From Paraspadella gotoi (lineage: Eukaryota; Animalia; Chaetognatha), in assembly GCA_051294375.1 (NCBI GenBank), contig CM119267.1, positions 17,399,843 through 17,463,842 on the forward strand: a stretch of 64,000 nucleotides of DNA. The letters are read 5' to 3'. Position 1 is the first letter of the stretch; every line of letters begins with the position of its first letter. The notes below the pieces were generated by a model. That model did no database searches and was not told the DNA's origin. It worked only from the letters and a program-made list of their open reading frames with translations. This document shows positions 54,106 to 64,000 of this stretch, in pieces. The translations under genes and the position numbers were made by a program.

Positions 54106-56923
54106 AAAAAAGTATGTTATAGAATGTGTTGTCAAACGAATAACAAATAAAAAATGCCCAAAAAGGTTGTAAGGGTAGAATTAAGTTCGAACACAAAAAT
54201 AGATTTACTACTAATTTATTTAAGGTCAGTCAAAGCTTTTAATACAAATTTAAAATTCACATGCTCACTTTTTTTATATAAGATTTAAATTAAAAAAAAT
54301 TACATAATTAGTTCATTTTCTATTTTCTCGCTTATTTTCTTTCAGGCCAAATTTTTCTCTTCATTTCGACCTTTTTTTCAAGCCTCCTAATTTTTTTTTT
54401 ATTTACTTTTATCCCCTTCTTTCCTTCCGTCCTAATTCCCTTCTGCTCGTTTTCTTTTTTCCTTTTTCCTTTTTTTGCTTCCTCCATCCTCCGTTTTCTC
54501 TTCTTTCCTCCCTCTCCCTCTCCCCATTTTCCTCCCTCTCTTTGTTCTCTCCAGTTTTTTCATATTACCAAATCCCCTTCGACCGGACCCCCTCTTCCTC
54601 CTCTTCCTCCTCCTCCCTCCCTTGCTTCTCCACCGGCTCCTCCTCTTCCTCCCTCCCTTCCCCCCGACTCCGGAATCCGCTGCCCTTTTGTTGGCGCAAG
54701 GTTAAATAGCGCCTTAATTGAAAGTTATGCCAGTGTGAAGGCGGCTCCGACGCCGCTGCCGCTGCCGTCGCCGAGGGCGGCCGCTGCCGACTCCGCCTCC
54801 GACGAAGCCGTCGGCGCCGCCGTTGCTCTGGGACCTTGAGGGGAGCNNNNNNNNNNNNNNNNNNNNNNNNNNNNNNNNNNNNNNNNNNNNNNNNNNNNNN
54901 NNNNNNNNNNNNNNNNNNNNNNNNNNNNNNNNNNNNNNNNNNNNNNNNNNNNNNNNNNNNNNNNNNNNNNNNNNNNNNNNNNNNNNNNNNNNNNNNNNNN
55001 NNNNNNNNNNNNNNNNNNNNNNNNNNNNNNNNNNNNNNNNNNNNNNNNNNNNNNNNNNNNNNNNNNNNNNNNNNNNNGAAAGAAAGAAAGAAAGAAAGAA
55101 AGAAAAAAAGAAAGACATAGAAAGATAGAAAGAAAGAAAGAAATAGAGAGAGAGAGCGGAATTATGGACTGGATTTTTTTCCATCGCCAATCTTTTACAT
55201 CAGGCTTCCCGAATCCCGAATAAGTTGAAAACTTTTTTGAAATCGCATTAATATCTTTTAGAATTTCTCAGATCACAACCAGGGTTAAAGTTCATACATT
55301 TCATCGCTTCGACAATTATATTTGAATTATGATACTTTAGTGATAAAATAGAGACTTTTTTATTTTTGAAAGCTCCATCACAGTATTTGACAAATTATTT
55401 ATATTTTTTGCAAGTTTTAACTTTTAACCAAGTNNNNNNNNNNNNNNNNNNNNNNNNNNNNNNNNNNNNNNNNNNNNNNNNNNNNNNNNNNNNNNNNNNN
55501 NNNNNNNNNNNNNNNNNNNNNNNNNNNNNNNNNNNNNNNNNNNNNNNNNNNNNNNNNNNNNNNNNNNNNNNNNNNNNNNNNNNNNNNNNNNNNNNNNNNN
55601 NNNNNNNNNNNNNNNNNNNNNNNNNNNNNNNNNNNNNNNNNNNNNNNNNNNNNNNNNNNNNNNNNNNNNNNNNNNNNNNNNNNNNNNNNNNNNNNNNNNN
55701 NNNNNNNNNNNNNNNNNNNNNNNNNNNNNNNNNNNNNNNNNNNNNNNNNNNNNNNNNNNNNNNNNNNNNNNNNNNNNNNNNNNNNNNNNNNNNNNNNNNN
55801 NNNNNNNNNNNNNNNNNNNNNNNNNNNNNNNNNNNNNNNNNNNNNNNNNNNNNNNNNNNNNNNNNNNNNNNNNNNNNNNNNNNNNNNNNNNNNNNNNNNN
55901 NNNNNNNNNNNNNNNNNNNNNNNNNNNNNNNNNNNNNNNNNNNNNNNCTTGCGTCAAGATTAAAGCTTCGAAAAAGATTTTTCACTCAAATCGCGATTCT
56001 GTCAAATTCGATCTTTGAAACGAAACCATTTTTTTTGCTACGAACCTTCTTACCGTTTTTTCCTCGGCTTCCTTCTTCTTTCTTCTTCTTTTCCTCTTCT
56101 TCCTCCTCTTTTCTACTTGAATCCCTTNNNNNNNNNNNNNNNNNNNNNNNNNNNNNNNNNNNNNNNNNNNNNNNNNNNNNNNNNNNNNNNNNNNNNNNNN
56201 NNNNNNNNNNNNNNNNNNNNNNNNNNNNNNNNNNNNNNNNNNNNNNNNNNNNNNNNNNNNNNNNNNNNNNNNNNNNNNNNNNNNNNNNNNNNNNNNNNNN
56301 NNNNNNNNNNNNNNNNNNNNNNNNNNNNNNNNNNNNNNNNNNNNNNNNNNNNNNNNNNNNNNNNNNNNNNNNNNNNNNNNNNNNNNNNNNNNNNNNCATG
56401 TTCTTAAGTTGCGACCTGACTTTCTTTTTTTTTATTATTCCATTTTTACCTAAGACATTTTATTTCCTTCAAAAATTATTTTGCAATAATTTTTATTAAT
56501 TAACCTTAACTTTCCATTTTCATTCTATAGTTATCATTTTTCATTTCCCATGTAAACCTTCCAGATTCCTTACCATCCCCACCAAAGTCTTAATCCTTCC
56601 TCCCTCCCTTACCCATAACCACGATCCGCTAAAACTTCTTTACTTTTCCACCTCAACCAAGACCTCACCCTCTCTACCTCACTTGACACTTACCCTCCTT
56701 CACTCTCGACTTACCCACGGCTTCCAACTTCCATCATATTCAATCGAATACATTTACATGGCGTCGGGGAGTAAAACCGTTAAGTGGAGGAAAGANNNNN
56801 NNNNNNNNNNNNNNNNNNNNNNNNNNNNNNNNNNNNNNNNNNNNNNNNNNNNNNNNNNNNNNNNNNNNNNNNNNNNNNNNNNNNNNNNNNNNNNNNNNNN
56901 NNNNNNNNNNNNNNNNNNNNNNN

Positions 56924-56954
<31 letters not shown>

Positions 56955-58325
56955 CAAAAGTAAATAAAGAAATAAAGAAATAAGATAAGGAAAAAAAGAA
57001 GAGAGGAAAGGGAAAAAAATTAAAAAGTTTTGTCNNNNNNNNNNNNNNNNNNNNNNNNNNNNNNNNNNNNNNNNNNNNNNNNNNNNNNNNNNNNNNNNNN
57101 NNNNNNNNNNNNNNNNNNNNNNNNNNNNNNNNNNNNNNNNNNNNNNNNNNNNNNNNNNNNNNNNNNNNNNNNNNNNNNNNNNNNNNNNNNNNNNNNNNNN
57201 NNNNNNNNNNNNNNNNNNNNNNNNNNNNNNNNNNNNNNNNNNNNNNNNNNNNNNNNNNNNNNNNNNNNNNNNNNNNNNNNNNNNNNNNNNNNNNNNNNNN
57301 NNNNNNNNNNNNNNNNNNNNNNNNNNNNNNNNNNNNNNNNNNNNNNNNNNNNNNNNNNNNNNNNNNNNNNNNNNNNNNNNNNNNNNNNNNNNNNNNNNNN
57401 NNNNNNNNNNNNNNNNNNNNNNNNNNNNNNNNNNNNNNNNNNNNNNNNNNNNNNNNNNNNNNNNNNNNNNNNNNNNNNNNNNNNNNNNNNNNNNNNNNNN
57501 NNNNNNNNNNNNNNNNNNNNNNNNNNNNNNNNNNNNNNNNNNNNNNNNNNNNNNNNNNNNNNNNNNNNNNNNNNNNNNNNNNNNNNNNNNNNNNNNNNNN
57601 NNNNNNNNNNNNNNNNNNNNNNNNNNNNNNNNNNNNNNNNNNNNNNNNNNNNNNNNNNNNNNNNNNNNNNNCCGACGACGGAAACGAATGGAACAAGTGT
57701 CAGAGTCGAACGAGTTCGAGTCATCGGCGTCATCAATCATCCTCGGCGGCGACGGCGACGGAGAACCGGCGCCGACGTCGGGGCGACAACGACGCCGGCC
57801 GCGGACAATAAAGGAAAAAAAATGTGGAAACAAATGCGATCTACGCCGCCATGGATTTTCTTTTTTTTTTCATTGAGTGAAAAAAGAAAGACTAAAATTA
57901 ATTACAGTTTAAAACTAAACTCTTGAGGAAAGTCTGCACGAATGGTTTTGCCTTTATGCTAACGTCAGAACCTATTANNNNNNNNNNNNNNNNNNNNNNN
58001 NNNNNNNNNNNNNNNNNNNNNNNNNNNNNNNNNNNNNNNNNNNNNNNNNNNNNNNNNNNNNNNNNNNNNNNNNNNNNNNNNNNNNNNNNNNNNNNNNNNN
58101 NNNNNNNNNNNNNNNNNNNNNNNNNNNNNNNNNNNNNNNNNNNNNNNNNNNNNNNNNNNNNNNNNNNNNNNNNNNNNNNNNNNNNNNNNNNNNNNNNNNN
58201 NNNNNNNNNNNNNNNNNNNNNNNNNNNNNNNNNNNNNNNNNNNNNNNNNNNNNNNNNNNNNNNNNNNNNNNNNNNNNNNNNNNNNNNNNNNNNNNNNNNN
58301 NNNNNNNNNNNNNNNNNNNNNNNNN

Positions 58326-58356
<31 letters not shown>

Positions 58357-61300
58357 TAAGGGAAATTAGAGTCAATGGAAGAAAATTAGAGGGTCAAGGA
58401 AAAGGGGCAATAGATTCGTCGGGTAATGTGACTCTGGGGACATCTTTGGAACAGATGGTCGCGGGGAAAAAAAAAGAAAGACGGGAATTTCTTTTTCTGG
58501 AAAAGAAAATTTTGGCGGATTTTGTACATTAGTACGATAAAGAGAATTAGAACAACAGATTAAAAAAACATTTGTTTATGTTCTGTAGAGAAGAGATCCA
58601 TTCTCTTTTTGAAGAGTTTTATTCGTAATCTTTCAAGAAAACTGTAGCATTAAGATTACTAAAATTAGACTTTTCTATCAACAAGATTGATACCAAACAC
58701 GAAAAAGATACTTGGAAAATACGTAATACCGATAAACACTATTTTCAAATCTCCCGTTTCACTGTCCCGCAATCTACTATCGAGCATCCGCGACTTTTTC
58801 CTTCCCGTTCGTGACCGGAACATTCCTCGCCTCTTCAGCTCTCATCCGAAGCCCTTCTTGTCCAACCGTCCTTCAACGACACGACTCAACCCCAGAGTTC
58901 CACTCGCGACGACTCCCAACCCGGCTGCACACCGCCCCAGAACCCGGCCCTCGACTCCCATTTGTTCTCACCCCCGCGTCCCCCCCGCCCCCACTCACAC
59001 CCCCCCTTTTCCCCCTCCACCCACTTCATTTGACAAAAAAGAGTAGGGAAAAGATTGACTATGCAATGTTTTCATTTGGAAAAGACTTGACTATGCATTT
59101 TTCATTGTGCCTCTAGTTGGTAATCAATGAAAATCTGGAACGGGGTGGGGGGGGAAGAAAAGAGAGGAGGAGGAGGAGGAGGTGAGAGGGAAAGACGGAA
59201 AATTAACTTTCTCACCTGCCGCGCCTCCGTCGGAGCGAAGAGAGAGGAGAGAGAGAGAGAGAGAGAGAAGAAGAGAGAGAGGAGAGGAGAGAGAGAGACC
59301 GAGACAGAGAGGAGCCTTGAGAGTTGATGGCGGCCGGAAAGAACTAAATGCAGACGACCTGGAATACATGAATTCGATGTGACGCCGGCATCGGCGTACC
59401 GCCATCTTCCCTTCGCGGAACTGACGTCATTTTTGAGACTTTGACCCCAAAATCGTTTTTTCTTAATTCAAAGTTCGAAGACAGTTTGGTGTTAGTTTTT
59501 GTTGGTGTTTGGTGTTTGGTGTGTTGTTTTGGTTTTGAGTTTTGTTTGGTTTTGTTGTTGGTTTGACTTTGTTTGTTTGCTTTGATTTTGGTGACTTTGA
59601 GTGCACTGACTTGTTTGGTTGGTTTGAGTTGTTTACTTTGCTTGTTTTTGTGACTTTTGAGTGACTTTTGTTGTTTTGGTTTGAGTGTTTTGATTGACTT
59701 TTGCACTGATTTGTTTGACTTGATTTACTTTAGTTGAGTTTTAGTTATAGGTTGGGTTTTGAGACTTTGTGTATTCGCGTCTTTGACCTTGACTTTTGAC
59801 TTTTGATTTGACTTTTGACTTTCAAGTTTCGAGTTTTTAGACGTGATGAAACTAAAACTAAAACTAAAACAGAAAGAGCTCGAAAACCGCTAATTGTAAC
59901 CCAAATCTAAGTTTTACATTCAAGACCTTCAAAAAGTTGTTTAATTCAAAAACTTATTCTCTGTTCTGTTATTTTTTTAAAAGTATTTGTAATTACTATC
60001 TCAATCACAATTATGTAAGTAGTCTATCTAAGTGGCTATATTAAGCCCCAACTCCTCCCGAACTGCCATTCCACCCGGCGAGACTCCTCTCAGACCAGTG
60101 CCACGACCGCGCCCCAAACGGCCATTTACACCCCCGACGTCACGTGCTTAAGTCTGAGTTAACAAACAAAGTATACAGCTGCGGACATCGTCGTGTCGTC
60201 GTCGTCGTCGATGACATCGTCGTCGAATCAGAAAACAAGGAACAAGTTTATTTTTTCTTTCTTTCGTTTACGATGATGAATTTTAGTTTGATTAACACAT
60301 GAGAGAGAAAGAAAAGTAGATGTCCGCCCGCAGCCGTCCAGAGCCGCTTCGTGCGCCGCCGTCGCCGTCGCAGCGCCCGTCTGAGGATCCAGGAGGTCGA
60401 CCTCGGGTCCTGGAAAAGATTGTTTCTTTATTGAAGATTCAAATCGTGATGAGAAGAGTATTTCTATTAAGAAATGATCTTTCGATCTGATAATAGCAAA
60501 GCTTTCCACAAATACGGCATTAGACCCTTCTACTACAGAATACTCCGGAATTACGTACAGTCCGCGCCTTGCCGCAACCGGTCGTCGAAGGCGCCCCTCA
60601 TCACCGGGGACGAAGAAAGACACGCCTCCTGCGCGGGTCCGTGGGGACGGTGGAGTCGCGACGGGCGCCAGGGGATGGAACGGTGAGCGAAGGACGAGAA
60701 GATGACCGGTGTGGACTGTGGAGAGGGATATTGGATGAGTGAGCTGAAGTTGAAGATCAACCAGGGCCGGAATTAAAAAGGAAGCTTCGGTTGATTAGGT
60801 TTCGATGAAGAGAATGGAACTGAGCGAGGAACGATGTGTTTATCTGTTCTTTGTTTTATGTCGTCCAAACTTTTAAATTTTAAATCGTTTTCGATTTTTA
60901 AAATTTTTCTTTTCAATTTCGTTTTTTAGTGAGCGTTCAATTGAGATTCTTACTTTCCCCATCCTGATTAAACTTTTGGACACTCAACCTTCTAATTAAA
61001 CGCCCACTCCCCTTTTAAAAAACGCTTAGAACTTACCTACTTACGCTTAGTACTTACCTAGTGGATTTTTTATTTTCAATTTTTCGTTTCTAAACCATGA
61101 TTTTCATATTTTAAAAAAAAGAAGAAAAACCCTGAAACACGAACAAGAGGACCGAAAACGGGAAAAAAAAACCCGAATTAAAAACGAAATAAATGAAAAA
61201 AAAAGAGAAAGAGAGAAAGAGAGAAAAAATGAAAGAAGCGTTAACGTGCGGGTCACCGGCAGCGGGTCACCAAGCCTCATCATCCAGTATGCAAATCAAC

Positions 61301-64000
61301 TCATTATGTATTCATGAAAAAATCCAGATTTGTATTCAAAGCGCGCGAGGCCGAGAGAGTATGGGGCCGAAGATACGGCGGCGGCGACGACGACGACGAC
61401 GACGAAGACTATAGGACAACGTTTACAGCGACGACGACGACGATCGCCTTGTCTCGCGTCGTCGATGACAAAGAACTACGTGGAAATTAAAGGGACTGAC
61501 AAAGATTGAACAAAGCTGGCGACAGAGATGGCGATCAAAAATGAGGACTTTGGAAACAAAAATCAAGCCAATTGTTTCGTTATAGAAAAACAAGAGAAAT
61601 AAAAAAACGAGGAAGTCGCCGACAAAGACAACGACGACGACGTAGACGACAGGGGACGACGACAACGACGACGACGACAACAACGACGACGACGACGTCA
61701 CCACCGAGACGCGGATAGAATCGACTCCCTCCTCATTAATATAAAATCTTATTCATGCAAAAAGAAAGAAAAAAAATCAAGGAAAGAAAGAATGGAAAGA
61801 TAGAAATAAAGAGAGAGAGAAAAATAAAGATAGAAAGAAAGAAAGAACTGTAAAGAGAAAGAAAGAAAGAAAGAAAGAAAGAAAGCCAGACTAATAGAAA
61901 CGTTTCAGACGAAAACGGAAAAACTTTGCTTTGTAATTCTTCCTGTCACTCACTCTCTATTTCTCTGAGTCCTTTACTCTCTGTCTCTCTGTCTCTCGTC
62001 GCTCTCTCTTCTCTCTCTCGCTCCTACTCTCTCTCTCGTCGTTCATCTCATCTCTCTCTCTCTCATTCTCTTCCTGTCTGCCTACTTTTTCTTTTCTTCC
62101 CTCTCTCACTCCCTCCTCTTTGCAGACGATATAAATCAACTGCAAGATCTGAGTCTATTAATAACCAGTGATAATGTGATTAGTTATCACTACGAGAAGG
62201 AGGCGAGAAACTGAGATGATTAAACAATAGCCTTAACTTCTCCCTCCCACGATTTGGCTAATTGAGCGACTGAACTGTTTTTCATTTAACTAAAAGTAGA
62301 ACAGTTGTTTAGATTTAATTTAAAAAAATTTCTTTCTTTATTTACGCAAACTGTTTCCTAGATATTATATTAGAGTCTTAACATTGTTACAATGTTACCA
62401 ATGTTACAATGGATAGATACAATCTTTTTACTTATCTTTTAATTCCAGTTGTTATCTGCGGCTTCTAAGAGTTTTAAAAGACTCACTAATTGTAAAAGAT
62501 TTCTTGCCTCGAATTTTTTTGGCCAATTTTTCGATCGCTTGGCATTTTTTCCTCAATTTTGGAGAGAGATTTCCATGATTATGTCGGTTTCAACTCAAAT
62601 CTCATAGAATGTGTTTCGCCCGTCAGAATCCCTGTTTTAAGAGTTTTCGTGATAAAATAAAAGTTCAAATATTTATTAAAACTTTTTTCTTCTAAACATC
62701 AGTGGAACTCATGTTAAACCCTTCGAATGGGCGAAGCTGAAATCGTTCGTCTACGTAAGCGTGAAGACAAAACTTCTTCACACTAATATTATCGTGATCC
62801 GATTTAAAGACCCGACCTCCATGATCCTTCTTCTCAACTCCACCAGAATCTCGATTCGTCATTTTTTTTTTTTTGCAGAACTTTTAATTCTTTTTAAATC
62901 TCTTCTCCCTACAACAACAACAACAACAACAACAGCAAAATCCGTTAATGAATAACTGAATCAACGAATGAATAAATGAATAAATATAAATGAACGTTTT
63001 CCGCGGCATCCGAACGGGGCGACGGAGAAAAAATGAATTTTTACGGCATGAAAAATTTAAGANNNNNNNNNNNNNNNNNNNNNNNNNNNNNNNNNNNNNN
63101 NNNNNNNNNNNNNNNNNNNNNNNNNNNNNNNNNNNNNNNNNNNNNNNNNNNNNNNNNNNNNNNNNNNNNNNNNNNNNNNNNNNNNNNNNNNNNNNNNNNN
63201 NNNNNNNNNNNNNNNNNNNNNNNNNNNNNNNNNNNNNNNNNNNNNNNTTTTTCTTTGACTTAGGAATATGTTTGTTCTAATTCGTTACAAATGTTTATTT
63301 CTGTTCGCCTTTTGAATACGTTCGAGTTTTAGTGTTTTTTATTGTTTATGCGTATATTTTTATATTCACTGAAATAAATCATCTCCACCTTTCATAGTGA
63401 TAGTGATGCGATGTGAAAGGATACGTGATGAATACCGCGATGCAAAACAGAAACAGAATTGGTTGCTTTCAACCTTGCGGACGTTAAACGATTAGATACG
63501 AAAGAAAAGACAAGATTCGATTCATTTAATACTTGACTTTAATACAATCGTTTATCATATAAATTTAATATAATATAATATACCTGCACCTTTCCTATCT
63601 TCTGGCTTTATTTTTGTCTTCCTTTTCTTTTGCTCTACCCTTCCTCACTTTGAAAAGAAATAGTTCCCTTATTTTCTTCCTTGTTTTAACCAGCCGTGTC
63701 TCCCCTTGAGCCTGACTCCCAGTCACTCCCACCTCTCTCTCTNNNNNNNNNNNNNNNNNNNNNNNNNNNNNNNNNNNNNNNNNNNNNNNNNNNNNNNNNN
63801 NNNNNNNNNNNNNNNNNNNNNNNNNNNNNNNNNNNNNNNNNNNNNNNNNNNNNNNNNNNNNNNNNNNNNNNNNNNNNNNNNNNNNNNNNNNNNNNNNNNN
63901 NNNNNNNNNNNNNNNNNNATTCTTCGGATATCCTCGGCCTGCCTGTTGTCAATTTGAGTATTCCATGCATTTAGAAAAAGTTACGGGAATTTGCATAATA

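Noticed and set aside
59481-59822. G/T-rich stretch giving a K/Q/T-rich minus-strand ORF
   Set aside because: It is low-complexity degenerate (GACTTT/GTTT)n sequence, probably low-quality read sequence.

Overview
Gappy draft-assembly window from an animal genome (species not identifiable from sequence alone). It has AT-rich introns and intergenic DNA, abundant (GA)n/(GAC)n/(TTCA)n microsatellites, GC/CpG-rich exons and GT-AG spliceosomal introns. Four minus-strand genes can be reconstructed by hand: a 4-exon DNTTIP1 (MiDAC subunit) homolog at 14132-17339, a 5-exon 250-aa four-transmembrane protein with a Lys/Glu/Asp tail at 19517-23809, a partial EamA/SLC35G-like transporter at 39637-40911, and a class-2 POU (Oct1/nubbin-like) homeobox gene at 45163-51558 with at least one apparent frameshift. 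A noisy ~4.8-kb tandem copy of the DNTTIP1 3' region (about 6700-11502) is probably a gap-filling artefact. The most notable non-coding items are a complete 635-bp miniature LTR retroelement (TRIM) inside a POU intron whose two LTRs each carry a tRNA-Gly-like sequence (Helenus/Cassandra-type architecture), and three dispersed hammerhead-ribozyme-like motifs of the Penelope type. Helentron/HINE-like repeats with nested insertions are also present. Beyond about 54.8 kb the window is mostly N gaps and cannot be annotated reliably.
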